64,000 nt of DNA from NCBI RefSeq assembly GCF_036971445.1, contig NC_091470.1, forward strand, positions 313,224,001-313,288,000, written 5' to 3'. The position numbers and the translations under genes were made by a program. The notes under the pieces are model-generated. The model was not told the origin of the DNA, did not search any database, and saw only the letters and a program-made list of their open reading frames with translations. Source of the stretch: Narcine bancroftii. Its lineage: Eukaryota. Below, one piece after another: positions 13,031 to 26,609 of the stretch (its first letter is position 1; every line of letters begins with the position of its first letter).

Positions 13031-14032
13031 AAATTTTCCATGATTTTGGTCATTTCAATTCACAATGGCAAAGGATCAACAAAAAAGTTGTTTCCAAGTT
13101 GTTTCCCTTCATAGTTTTCAAGAGAATGCCATTTTGGAAGAACCCTTGCCTAACCACCGATTGCATTTTTGTAAATAATACATTCTATAAAGCATGAGCA
13201 TTTTGGATGCTGAATTAGAGGTTTTGATTTGGAAATATCTGATTGCTGGTCTAACTTGGTTACTTTGTACTTCCCCTACAGAGATCTCCTTTTTATTTCA
13301 GATATTCAGCATTCACAATATAGCCATTCCATCTGTTATGAAGGGATGAGTTTCAGAGTTTCATGCTAAATTTTATAAATTGACAAGGATGGAAAAATGC
13401 ATTCTGGTTATTTCATATCAATGTATTCATAGAGTGGCATACTATTTGTTAGAGTGCAAAAAAGCTTCAAAACTAAAAAGACAGGCAGGCACCAGAGTCA
13501 ATGATTCTGTGTCAAAATTAATAAATTGAACATTTGCATCAAGGAATTTGCTTTTTTTGCTTCTGTATGGTTCAAGAGTGTTAAGCTTCTTGACCCAGAT
13601 TCATCGAAGAAAGTGAAGATTATTCCATCACACAACTTACAAATGAGGGAAAAGCTTTGGGGAATCCATGGATAAGATTGATAGCATAGTCTTTTTTACT
13701 AGGTACAATGTTTTATATGTCTAGACTAGTTTACTTTCTGGTCAAATGAGATGGAATGGAATGGACTGGTGGGGATCAGCCACAGAAACACTATTGAAAG
13801 TCTTCTTGGGAAAATGGCTCTTGCGAATAATCCACTCATGAACTTCAATGCAACTTGCTTTTCCACCAACCCCCTACTCACAGAGAACTTCAAATCACAA
13901 AAAGATAAAGGTCTTGATGAAGAATTCCACTGATTCAACTCAACCTGTCAAGTATTTCCAGCAGATTTTTATTCCAGAATCCAGCATCTATACTATTGCA
14001 TGTTTCAAACCACATGACTGCAAAACAATTTA

Positions 14033-14505
14033 CCATATATTCCATCATATAGAACTCGTGTGTAGGCCAACCCAAGAATTTCTACCTAAAATGTTGGTTT
14101 TGAGTGATATCCTTTATATAAGATGATCCCAAATCTGGCACTTAAAGCTGACCAGTGGATGCTGTTAAAAGCCATATCACAATATTTTAATAACAAATCA
14201 TTATTTAAAGGTTTAAATTTTATTTGGATATTTTAAAATAAACCACTGTTGGCTCCTGTAACAGGCTGTAAAAGCCTGTGGAGAGCTGAAAGCAAATGGA
14301 CTGGACAGATAGAACCGGAGGAGGAGATGCGTCTTCACCATTAATGCATCATGCACGAGACTGCATCAGAGCTGGTGGGAAGATAGCGGCAGTGTTGTGA
14401 CTTTGTCATCAAGGTAACAAATTTATCCACTTCGTATTGGACAACCCCGATATTAAGGTGACATTTTTAAGTTTTAAGGACTGTCCTAGACAACAGCATA
14501 TACAG
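14033..14505. mobile_element. Old pogo/mariner-type MITE
   Basis: TA-CCATATAT...ATATACAG-TA degenerate TIRs with TA on both flanks. Confidence 0.5.
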
Positions 14506-14679
14506 TAATTTCTTTTTCTAACATTTAATGGGATTTATTAAAAATATTGGATGTTTGTAATTTGCACACATTTTGAACATAAAATGTTAAAATTGGCCTG
14601 TTTCTTATTGCCATGTGACCATCCACATTCAAAGCAATATACACAAACAAACACAGTAAGAGTATAGTTTCTGAAATAC

Positions 14680-15245
14680 AATGCACAAAAAATGCAAATT
14701 TTATTCACTAGTCAATAGAATTTTTCCACTATATTTCAATGCAAGTTAATGTTATATACATCAACACAATATACAAATATATACACAACCTTTGGTGATC
14801 TGAGTGTAGTTTAGGGATAGGGTAGTATGAGGAGGTTCCTGAGCCTAGTAGCTGTTGTATAAAAACTATCCTTGAACAGATCTTCAGATTTCTGTATCTT
14901 CTGCCTGAAGGGAGGAGCGAGAAGAGTTTGATCATGGTGATTAGGGTCCTTCATGATGTTTGATGCCTCTAGGCAGCTTCTCACATAAATGTTTTCAATG
15001 GATCGGAGATTGGTCCCAGTGGTGGGTTTGACAACTTTTGCTACTTTCTGCAACCTTCTGTGTTCCTGAGCATTCAAATTTCTTAGCCAGGCTATGATGC
15101 AACCAGTCAGTATACTTTCCATAGTATAGATATACAAGTTAAATACAGCATTCGATAATATGCCAAATTTCCTCAGACTTCTTGGAAAGTTGAGGTGTTT
15201 GTGTGCCTTTTCCATGGTTGCTGATGTGCTGGACTTCCAGGAAGT
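14680..15245 (-). mobile_element. Rex1/Babar-like LINE 3' fragment
   Basis: ESILTGCIIAW...RRLQKV and LFSLLPSGRRYR peptides. Confidence 0.8.
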
Positions 15246-16474
15246 TGAAATTCATTCAATTTTGTTGAATTGCAGGCACAAAGAACTTATATTTGTAATA
15301 ATTTTGGGTACTGAACTCATTCCATTCTATAATTACCCAAAACTAATCATCAATATTGTACAAGGTAATGATAACTGACTAAATGTTTATGAAAAAGGAT
15401 CTCATCTCGATAAATTATGAAAATATCAAATGCAATTGAAAGCATATTACTCAGGAACTTTAACATCCAGAATGGGAAGCCAATATATTACATGAATGAA
15501 ATTCGCACAGAAAGTATAATTTTCAAGTTTGCCAATGTGAAGTTGTTTCTAAAACTGGCTTCACCAGGCTATTTTTAAGTATCTGCTGTTTACCTGCAGG
15601 TATAAATGAGACAGAAAGTGGAATTATGTGACAGCAGTCAAGGTGCCCTTTACTGTATGCTGAAATAATTCCTGCTTTAAAATGGATTGTGCTCACGAAC
15701 AAAATGCAACACACCAGGATATCTGTCATTCAAGGACTAATGCTGTATTTTTTTCAAAAAATGATTGTTTAAACCATCATGATCTGATTTCTCTGTTAGC
15801 ATCTTGTCAATTAGTTACCAAATAATTGAGTGCTATATTAAACATTTCCTCAATACATTTTTAATTGGACTTTGAAAAAAATCAGGACAAGTCAAATTCT
15901 GCAGTAAACATAAAATGGCAACACCAATATGAAAGTTCAATATTTGGAAGCATACTATTGTGTTTATATTTATTTTTGAACATTTTCCCATGCTGCCCTA
16001 AGACCTTTAATGACCTTTAAAGAAAGCTAAAATGTACAAGTTAGCACTGAAGGTAAATACAAAAAATTACTTCCATCTCAGTGTTAAATTTCTAGTGCAT
16101 GAAAAATCACGTTAAAGTTTTCACTAAGCTGTAAAGATTGTTCATTTCAGTGAATTGGTCTGATACCTTATCTGTCATTTGATCGTTAATTCCATAGGGT
16201 ATCCTTTACATCTGATTCAGCTACAGTGCATATATATTGTAAAATTAATCCAATCTTTATCTCTTTAATTATTATACAAACTTTAAAAATTTTCACTCTT
16301 CCAAAGTATTGTCAACATCCAAAGGTGTGCACAAGGTCCTTAATCATTCGTGCTTTACATCATATTTTGTGCCATCATTGCTTTCATAGTACTAACCAAT
16401 TATTCTTCAGAACAAACAAGTCACTAAACCAATTCATCACTAAAAATGAGGAAAAGCTTCTTCACTGTAAACAC

Positions 16475-17820
16475 AAGAAATAAGAACATATGGCCCAGCA
16501 AGCCTGCTCCACCATTCAACAAGATCATGGGTGATCTGGCCATGGTCTTAACTCCATTAACCTACTTCCACCCACCCTCCCCCCATAATCTTAATTCCTC
16601 TACTATGCAAAAATCTGTGTCTTAAATTTGGCAGACACTGGTGCTTCCTTGGAAAAAGAAATCCACAGGTTTACTGGTCACTGGGAATTGCAGATCCTTC
16701 TTATCTCTCCTTCAAGTCTATACCTTTATCTTGAGGCAATGTATGCTCTTGTCTCACTTACCTGCTTCAATCTTGTCTATTTGTTGTATAATTTCACATG
16801 TTTCTATAAGATCCCCCTCAATTAAAAAAAAAATTGCAGTAAGTATAATCCAAAGTGAAAATCTCTCCTCACAGGCCAACTCTTTAACTCTGGAATTAAC
16901 CTAGTGAACCTCTTCTGCTCTGCTGCCAAGGCCAGTATATCCATTCTCAAGTAGGGAGACCAGAACTGTACACTGTTTTCCAGGTGTGACCAAAGCAGTA
17001 TTCTGAAGAGTTGCACAGATATTACCTGCTATTAAATTAAATCTGTCTAACAATGAAAGCCAACATCCCATTTGCCTTCTTGATTACCTGTTGCACCTGC
17101 AAACTATTTGTGATTCACGCACAAGCACTCCAAAGTCTCTCCACACAACAGCATGCTACTTTCTTCATTTGAACAATAATCTGATTGTCTTTTCCTTTCC
17201 AAGTGGATGACCTCACATTTAACAACATTGCAGATAGAGACATAGATATGTGAAAGATCTGGCAGATAGAGTACAGATTGTGCTCTCAAAACAATTTGCT
17301 TTTCCACTCCATTTGGTGTCATCACTTATTGCCAATTATACAAACCCATTCATCCCAACTCTGCCTTATATTAGCAAACAAATCCTTTATTAACGTTAAT
17401 ACATTACCCCTAACTTAATGCACTCTTATCTTAGGATGTCTTTTAAACAGGACCTTATCAAACACCTTCTGGAAATCCAAGTATACAACATCCACCTCTA
17501 TACACTGCAGTTTATATCCACAGAAAACTCCAGTAAGTTAAACATGAAATGTCCTTTCTGAATCCATGGTGCATCAGCCTAATGGAAAAATTTCTATCCT
17601 GTTATCTTTCTATTACTTCATTAATAATAGCTTCAAGTGTTTTCCCTGGCTTCAAACATTGCACCAATTGGAGTATTGTTAACTGCTTTTTGTCCACATC
17701 CTTTTTCAAACAGTGATGTGACATTTGTTGTCATCAATCCACCGGGACTTGCCCAGAGCTTGGTAAATTACCAGAAAACACACACATGAAAATTTCTGCT
17801 ATTTCTTTCAATACTGTAAG
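16475..17820 (-). mobile_element. Degenerate CR1 LINE
   Basis: HLENSVQFWSPYLR...QKRFTRLIP, KCEVIHL and DFQKVFDKV peptides. Confidence 0.8.
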
Positions 17821-18199
17821 AATTGAAAAAAAATTTAAAATTTCAGATAAATGAAGATATCTGAAACAAATCAGAAATCCTCATTTACCCAAATTTTTTT
17901 CAAAGCCGAACTGACCAGGAACCTCAGACTCCCAGTGGCAGCGGGGTCCTCCATCTCCCAGCACGAGCATGGACCTCGAGCTCCCACCATGAGCAAGACC
18001 TCAGTGGGGAGGTCTTGATGATCGGCAGCAGTGTTGTGGCCAACATTTTTTTGGTGAGAATAAATTAACCTTATCTTAATGCTTAAAAAGCCTTCCATTG
18101 TTGTTTGTTGTTTAAACATTGATACAGGTGATTGCTGTTACTACTTGGTTCTTTTTTTAAAAATGACCAGTTCTTTGAAAGAAAAATGTTTATCTGACA

Positions 18200-18990
18200 T
18201 AGGCCCAGTCCTGTCCATTTTGAATAATCAGAGTTGCACTGTACATCTAATCATCTTTTTCCAACCTTCTTTGCAAGATATTATCTTTAATGATTAGCAC
18301 AGATTGGGTATTAAATGTTTTGAAGACCTTTTTATTCAAAACAATTTTTCTTCCTTTGAACAATTAGTAGCAAAATTTAATTACCAAACACTACAAGTTC
18401 CCGAGGCAAACATTCTTAATATACTTTTTGATTTATAACTTTCTCATAAAGGTTTAATATCACTTATTTATAATAATTTGCTTCATTTAAGGATAGCCCT
18501 GTTAGTTAAAATCAAGAACGATTGGGCACAGGATTTGAAACTTTCATTCTCAAATGAGGTGTGAGACTCTATTTGTAATCTGATTAATACTCCCTCCTTT
18601 TGTGTGCAACCCTATTGCAATTTAAAGTGATCCATAAGGTACATATGTCTAAAGTTAAATTGTTTCATTTTTATTCAGATATAAATCCTCCATGTGACAA
18701 ATGCAAAATTGGTGATGGTTCTTTGCTTCACATGTTCTGGACTTGCCCTAGTTTAGAACAATTTTGGAAAGATATCTTTCAAACATTATCATTGATTCTT
18801 AATTTCAAATTAGGACCTTGCCATTTAATTGCTCGATTTGGATCATTTCAAGATGATGATGACGACTCCAACTCAAAACCAAATTTTTTCTTTTACTTCA
18901 CTGATAGCCACACATGCAATTTTGATTAAATGGAAAGATAAAACCCCACCTACACATACTTAATGGTTAAGTAATATTATGTCTTGCTTA
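18200..18990 (+). mobile_element. L1 ORF2 C-terminal fragment
   Basis: LLQFKVIHKVH...CDKC...SLLHMFWTCPSL cysteine-rich L1 C-terminus. Confidence 0.85.
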
Positions 18991-19139
18991 AGCGAGTAGG
19001 GACATCAAGTTCCTCAAGCAGATTGTGTTCAGCTTTGGAGTTCTGTGCATGTTGGTTTTCAAGTGTTCATAAATGCAAGAGGAGTTTTGGACTTCATATT
19101 TCCAGGCAGCAAGTTTCTTTCCTCTCATTCCCAACACCC

Positions 19140-19440
19140 CTTTCTTATCACCCCTCATGTATATCTACAGTATATATGCACACACTCTCCTATTTTATCT
19201 CCCTTTAATCACCTTTGTTCAAAGGAAACACCCCAGTCTGGTAAGACTCCCCTCATAATTACAACTTATAATGTATGGAAGCATCTTCATTTGCACAATG
19301 GTGTCATTACACCTTTCCTGTAAATGCACAGACCAAAACTGCACACTATTTAGCTGTGGGCCAGATAAAAATTTATGACAGTCTGGCATGATTTCCTTGC
19401 ACTTGTACTCTGTGTCTTGCATGCTTTCTTTACCACATTA
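19140..19440 (-). mobile_element. CR1 LINE fragment
   Basis: EYKCKEIM...PQLNSVQFWS peptide. Confidence 0.6.
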
Positions 19441-19459
19441 ACTTCTTATTCAAAAGTAC

Positions 19460-19630
19460 TGTCGGTGACCCAGGTTCAAATCAAGTATTTTATGTAAGGA
19501 GTACGTTCTCCCAGTGTCTCCTTGGGTTTTCTCCAGGTGCTTGGATTTCCTCCCTTCAAAATGTATGGGGGTTAATTCGGGTATTTGGATGGCATGGGCT
19601 CGTGAGCTGGAAGGGCCGCTTTCCATTTTT
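19460..19630 (+). mobile_element. tRNA-derived SINE fragment
   Basis: B-box-like ggttcaaatc followed by the core tacgttctccc..gtgtct...tgggttttctcc shared with 29325 and 51100. Confidence 0.6.
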
Positions 19631-20479
19631 ATCTACCTCTCCTGCTTCGTTCAGGGATCTGTAAATATGTATTCCATGCTCACCTATAGCTGCTTTATAC
19701 AATACAGCAGGATGCTATTAAGTCAAGTCCCATTCCATTTTCCAATTTTGTTGTAGCCCTGCATATTATTTTCTTTCACCTGCTATTTATCCACATCAAG
19801 TGGCAACTTGTAGTCACCAGTAAACCTATCTTTGGGATGCAGAGGAAATACAAGCAGATACAGGGAGAACAATAAAACACAGATTTCAGCTAAGATCAGA
19901 TTGAACCCAGATCCCCCAAACCATTAACAGCTATGCCACTATACTACCCAATTGGTATCCTATTGTTCATCATGCCCTACTTGTCCAATCCAAATAAATC
20001 CCTTTCATGTATCTTGAGATTAATTTCCACGTGCTACTTTTGTGTCCAATGCTATCTCATCAGTTCTTCAATATTTGACTACAGCTTATAGCCCACTTCC
20101 TCAAAATGTAGAAAACACTTTGACAATTCTTCATTTTGTTCTCTAACAAGTCTAATTCCATTATATGCAGCACAGTACAAAGGAACTAATGGCGGGTCCT
20201 GAACCCAAATGTTCTCAATTACTCTCTGTTAATTTTTACTTCAACATTCCACTTTCATTTGGATCTCTAGGAGCTTTTATATTCATCATAAATCTGCAAC
20301 ACATGGACATTGTCAAATGTCCTGTTGTCAAATTGGATGTTTACAATATTCTTTTTACTGGTCGGTAATCTGTGCACCTCTATTTTTAAATTGAAGGATT
20401 GATTGGGACATGGTGGCTGACAAATAAATCTACCAATTTAATAATTAAAAATAATCTTGCTACTTTAATTCAGCAGGTA

Positions 20480-21180
20480 ATTAAGGATGGTTGCAATATA
20501 AATGTTGTATTTTAAATTCATGTTTATCATTATATGACTGCACATGTACAACCAGACAAAATAGCATTTCTCCAGACCATGGTGCACACACATAATATAT
20601 TTCTAACAGAGCACATAATAACTACATACATAGAGAAATATAATACAAAACAAATATGTATAAATATCCTGGAAAAATGGACTCCAATTCATTCATAACA
20701 GATTCAAAGCTACAGGATACCTTTCAATTTCACAGCCTGCGTGAAGAAGCCATTTCTCAGCCTGGTGGGCCTAATTTTGATGCTCCTATACCTACTAATT
20801 GATGGTAGTCAAAGATACTATGTGATGGAAGGCAAGGATCCTCAATAATTCTTTGAGCCCATTTTAAGCAATGCTCCCAGTGAAAAGGGAGAGCCCAGTG
20901 ATCTTCTCAGTTGTTTAATGATCCTCTGTATCAACCTCGTGTCTGATGCTTTAAAGCCAGACAGGTCACTCTCAATTGTGTTCCTGTAAAATGTTGTAAA
21001 GATAGCCTTGTTCTCTTCAACCTACAATTGGAAGCATTTTTGTGCCTTCCCAACTAGTGAGGAGGTGTTATGAGTCCAGGCTTGGTCATCCTTAAAATGT
21101 ATACCAAGGAATTTTGTGCTCTCCACGACAGAGCCATTGATGTATAGTGGAGAATGTTTGACCTTTATCCTCTTAAAGTT
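20480..21180 (-). mobile_element. Rex1/Babar-like LINE 3' fragment
   Basis: Reverse strand resembles 12350-13000 (STKFLG.H and RYRSIK...RLRNGFF remnants). Confidence 0.65.
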
Positions 21181-21379
21181 AAAATTAAATTCTTATAGTT
21201 CACTCTCATCCTTTGCGATAACCTAAAACTCTTGTCACTTCCAATGTCAGAGCTTGACGTCAGATGATATTAATCATCCGACATCAGATAAATCAGGCAG
21301 ATGACAAAAGAACACATGCCAAGTTTATTAAAGTCACCATGAAATTTAATCTCAAAGTTATAAGTTGATATGCCGTTAC

Positions 21380-21525
21380 CTATTTTTTTGCTCCTTTCTT
21401 CACTGCGGTGATGTGCAATAATTGGTGAGTAAATAAAAGGGCTCTTTGAAGATGTATTCTGACCAAGTGTGTTTCTTATTTTCAATGGACGGAGGTTAGG
21501 TGGAAGATTCAAGAGCTTCGCCGAC
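21380..21525 (-). CDS. TRAPPC9: TRAPPC9 coding exon (146 nt): (R)[48 protein letters not shown](E)
   Basis: Acceptor ttatgTAG, donor ATAG|GTAACG, phase 2 to 1. Contains the [12 protein letters not shown] motif. Confidence 0.95.
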
Positions 21526-23729
21526 CTACATAAAAAGAATAGAAAGAAAAGAAACAGATTTATGGCTCACATTTTTAGTTTTAAAAATTAGTTCAGACCA
21601 CTTCTTCCACAAAAACAATTGGTGATGATAACCACAGGAGTTAGTTTTCTCTGTGGGTTTATAGTTCTCAAACAGTTTAGCAAATCAGAGGTAGCCCTGC
21701 GGAAAAGTTAGCATTTTTATCCTTAATTTCTAACCAGCAATCGTCAAAATTTTGATTTGAAGTAGGCTATTCATGACCCTTTTATTAATATTTTGATATC
21801 GTCGATATTGTCACTTGATCATCTGATGCATTGCAATTTACAAGCTCACACGATAGAACTGGGTGGGGGAGGGGGCGAGATGAAAAGGGGAGGAGCGGCA
21901 TTGCTCATCATGAAAAATATCAAAGCTATGCTCAGGAAGGACACACTAGAGGGCGTGTCTACTGAGGCTATATGAGAAGAGCTGAGAAACAGGAAAGGTA
22001 TGACTATACTCATAGGGTTGTATGATATACCACCCAATAGTCATGAGAATTGGAGGAGCAAATCTATAGAAAGATAGCAGACAGCTGCAGGAAACACAAG
22101 GTTGTGAAAGCAGGAGATTTTAATTGTCCACATATTGACTGGAGCTCCCATACAGTAAAATGGCTGGATGGCTTAGAGTTTGTCAAATGTGTTCAGGTAA
22201 TTTTCTTTAAAATATTTTTATTGGTGTTTATATTATACATTATAAATACTTAAACAGTGCAGTTATATATTGTGCTATGATTCAAAAGGAAACAAATAAA
22301 TTATTACAAAAAAAGCTTTTAATTTTTTTTAATCCAGAGCACAAATCACATTGAAGAATAGAATTAACCACACAATGAAAAACCCAAAAGAAAAAAAATC
22401 TGTCAAAACCCTCTGTCACTAAGCAAGGTTAAAGTTAACATATAGGAATCAAGTGATAACTACTTGGAAATGGAAAGCGCAGCACCAAAGTTTCAGAGCA
22501 GCTCTATTCTTAAGATTATGATAATAGTCCATAAATAGGCTCCATGTCTTTTGGAAGTAAATATTTGAATCTTTGATAGCATATCTAATTTTTTCTAAAC
22601 TTAAACAAGACATGATCTCACCTAACCATTGAGTATGTGTAGGTGGAGTATTATCTTTCCATTTAATCAAAATTGCATGTGTGGCTATCAGCGAAGTGAA
22701 AGATAAAATTTAGTTTTGAGTTGGAGTCATCTTGAAATGAACCAAATATAACAATTAAAGGGCAAGGTTCTAATTTAACAATTTTTTTCTAAACTAGGGT
22801 AAGTCCAGAACCTGTAAACTAAAGAAGCTTCACCAATTAAACATTTGTCACATAGAGGATTTATTTCTGAATAAAAATGAGACAATTTAACTTTAGACAC
22901 ATGTACTCTATGGACAACTTTAAATTGCAAGTGTCGTGCACAATAGGAAGTAGTATTAATCAGATTCCCACACCTCATCTGGGAATAAAAGATTTAAAAC
23001 CTCTTCCCAGTCACTCTTCATTTTAATTAATGAGGATATCCTTAAATGAAGGAAATTATTATAAATAAAAGATATTAAACCTTTATGCGAAAGTTGCAAA
23101 TCAAACTGTATCAAGAATCTTTGCCTCGGAAATTTGAGGAAAGTCAGGGATGAGACTGAACAAAATGTCTATCATGTAAAGATCTTTAAAAAAAATTAGT
23201 GTTTGGAAAGTTAAATTTTACCACCAATTGTTCAAAAGAAGCAAAGGATTATTTTGAATAAAAAGGTCTTTAATACCCAATCTATGCCAGTCATTAAAGA
23301 CAGCATCTTGCAAAGAAGATGAAAAAGATGATTAGATAAAATAGGGCTATCAAGAGAAAAACTGAAATTCAAAAAAACCTTCTAAATTGTACCCTTATTC
23401 TCAAGCTATGTCTAATTATTGGATTATCAGTTAATTTATATAAAGAAAAAGATTTTTAAAAGACGCTAGAATTGGCAACATAGTATGGCAACATAGAATG
23501 GCAACATACTTCAAATTTGAAGTACTTTTAGTAAAATTCAGTTCCAAGTCTACCCATAAATGGCAGTCATGTGTACCCTTATCTGAGGATCTAAGGGACA
23601 AGATTTTGAAATGGTAAATACATCTTCTATGATTACATTCATTCATCCAATTCAAAGAGGAGCATAGTGTTTGCATGTCCAAAAATAAATTGGCTAGTAT
23701 TTTTTTCTAATATTAACCTTATTTGTGAC

Positions 23730-24480
23730 AGATGGGAATCTGAAATTGCTACATTGACACATATGTTTTGGCTTTATTCATCCTGAGAGAACTATTGGAA
23801 ATAAAGTTTTAATATATTTTCAATTATACTCCAGGAGGAGCTATGACCCAATCCAATAACTGCTCTTTTCGGGGTTTTTGACCCAGACATAGGGAGTTTT
23901 TCTGTACCTGTTTAACAGATTGTGGCCTTCTCTACATTGTTGCCTCTAAGAGCCATCCTATTCAAATAGAAAGGCCCTAGACCACCAACAGTGTTTCAAT
24001 GGTTTTCTCATGTTATGTTTTGTCAAAGCCTAGAAAAAAACTAGATATCATGTATTTGATTCATCAGTGAAATTTGAAGATACAAGTCAAGCTTTTATGA
24101 CTTATTTTCATATGATGCAAATATTTCCAATTGATTAGAAGTACTTACTCTTCCAGATGAGATATAATCTTACCTTTGTTTTTTGTTTTGCAGAGGAAAC
24201 CAAAAACTACAAAATATATGTAATCCTCAGGATAAGCTGCTCAGCTGTTTTTTTATTAGAATAAGTTAGGTGGGGTTTTTTATATACTTTTGATGGTTTG
24301 TTTTTTTTCCACCATTGCAGTGGAAGGGGGAACCAAGCTTACACAGTTTCAAATTTTAACTTTATACATATATAATACACACACACACACACACACACAC
24401 AATTGTATTTTCAGTTTGGTTCCCTTTTCTTCTTTGTATTGTATATCCTATAAAAACCAATAAAAACATCAAAAAATAAA
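23730..24480 (+). mobile_element. Second L1 3' fragment nested in opposite orientation
   Basis: THMFW, AILFK..PRPPT.FQW and SLEK.RY remnants; aataaa plus A-rich tail. Possible TSD gattatc at 23422 and 24481. Confidence 0.65.
24377..24401. repeat. (CA)n microsatellite
   Basis: About 12 units. Confidence 0.9.
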
Positions 24481-25506
24481 GATTATCGAAGTGTAACAAA
24501 AGAAGAAAATTAAATATATTGACTGCCCAGTAATAAAATCTAAAATTAGGAAACACCAATCCACCATTCCTTTTAGCTTTTTGAAGATGAGCTTTATTTA
24601 AGCAGGAACATTTTCCTTGCCATATGTAGGAAGATGTAAGTGAATCATGTGAGTAAAAAAAAAGGATTTGGGAATGAGGATTGGTATAGATTGGAAAGGA
24701 TACAAAAATTTAGGTTAAATGTTCATTTTAATAGAATTGCTGTGACCAATCATGGAAATAGATAAAGGTGACCATCTTGATAACAATAATTTGACCTGAT
24801 TGAATAAAGTAGAAATTTTTTCTTGAAAAAGATGTTTCTAACTCCAAGTAATTGTAAATTGATCTCTCACAATCTTAAAAGGAAAATTAAAATATCTTGG
24901 TATAAAACTATATTGGAATCAAGTAACATTTTCTAAATCAATATATAGAGGTACCAACTAGAGACAGTGCAATATTGGTTCCCCTTTTAGGGAACAAGTC
25001 AGGACAGTGACAGAGGTATGTGTTGGAGAACATTTGAGGTCCAGTCATCATAATGGAATTAGTTTCAAGTTAATTATGGAGAAGAATAGGTCTGAGCCTC
25101 AGGTTGAGTTTCCAAATTGAAAAAGACCAATTTTGAAGAAATGAGAAAGGATCTTGAATGCACGGATTGGGATAAGTTTTTTTTGGGCAAGGATGTGCGA
25201 GGTAAGTGGAAAAACTTCAAAGGTGAAATTTTGAGAGTCTGTACGTTCCTGCCAGAATTAAAGGCAAGGTTCAGAGGGAACCTTGGGTTTTTGAGGGATA
25301 TTGGGGATCTGGTTCAGAAGAAGAGAGGTGTATAGCAGGTCGAGGCAACATGAAGCAAATGAGGTATTTGAGGAGTATAAAAAAATGCAAGAAAAACCTC
25401 AAGAAAGGAATCAGGATTGTGAAAAGAAGATACAAGGTGGCTTTGGCAGATAAAGTGAAGGAAAATCCTAAGGGTTTCAACATACATATGAAGAGCAAAG
25501 GGAATG

Positions 25507-26609
25507 TGTTATGGACTGTGGACAATTTTATTTTTGGACCCGGAACAGGACTGAACCTACGGGGGAAAAGAAAGGATTGTGTGCTGCAGTGAAGCACTGA
25601 AGTAGCACTGGAAAAACAGACAACTGAATGGGAATTGCTGAAATAGCACTGGGGAGCTGACAGCTATCAAATGTGCAAGAGCCACGTAGAGAGAGTGCTC
25701 GCTACTATTAACCTCTCTCCACCAAGCACACTGGCATCTTCAAATGTCCCAGCGCTGAGTTTTTGAACCGGTTTGTCAGTTGGTCGGTTGGTTAGAGGGC
25801 AGTCGGTCAGACTGTCAGTGTGCTCACCCAGTACCTTCAGTGGGAGAAAAAAAGACTAAGCTACTTTGTATATGGGTGCCAGCACTGTTGTCCTGACAGC
25901 AGTTTGTGGCACTCTGATACGCAGAGTGCTTGTATGTGTACCCAACCTGGGCTTCCCCGCCCCTTCCATAAGAAGGACTTCATGTGACAGGAGTCACTTG
26001 ACGACCCAAGAGAGGATGTTTAGAGGAGAAGACTTGTGTGACAGAAAGTTACTGGTTAACCCTAAAGTGGCCTTCAGAGGCATGAACTTCATGTAGTGAC
26101 TAGCAGGCCACTGGGTGAAGATTCCAGTGTGAAGAAATCAAAGGTAGTTGTTGCCACAGTCGAAACTCAGGAAAGTCAGAAGAAGAGAGAGGTGTATAGC
26201 AGGTCAAGTCTACAGTGATCTTGGCCATCTGTGTCCACATCTAGCTAAAAGACCAAAGTGAAACCAAACTAAGAATCCCAAACCTGGACACCAGATTCTG
26301 CAAGCTTTTCCTTTTTGACTGACAAACTTGATGTAACAAACTTGTCATGACTGACTTAAGGTTCTGTTTTGTGAGCTTTCTTTTGGGACATTTTGAGCTT
26401 GGACTGTAATGGTCTGTGTTTTTCTCCCCCACCTTACATACATACACCTTATAAATATCTGATGTTAATGTAGAGTTGCCATAAAAACTTATGTTTGGGA
26501 GTTAAGTTTATTGAAATAATTCTGTTATTGTTAATTTCTTAATAAATTTTGTGTTAAACTTAACTCATCTGTTTATGTGTCTCTCAATTGCTACTGGTGA
26601 GGTGTAACA
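25507..26609 (+). mobile_element. Solo LTR (~1.1 kb) inserted in CR1
   Basis: TGTTA...TAACA inverted termini and AATAAA at 26541. Flanks aatg/atag are an imperfect TSD. CR1 resumes on both sides. Confidence 0.75.

Larger units (their letters stand above)
22207..24918 (-). mobile_element. L1 ORF2 3' half with A-rich tail, inserted in CR1 and itself interrupted at about 23430-24480
   Basis: HLQFKVVHRVH..CDKC, WLGEIMSCLSLEKIRY and GGLVFPNFRFYYWA peptides. Imperfect TSD tcaggtaa-ttttct / tcaagtaacattttct. Confidence 0.82.
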
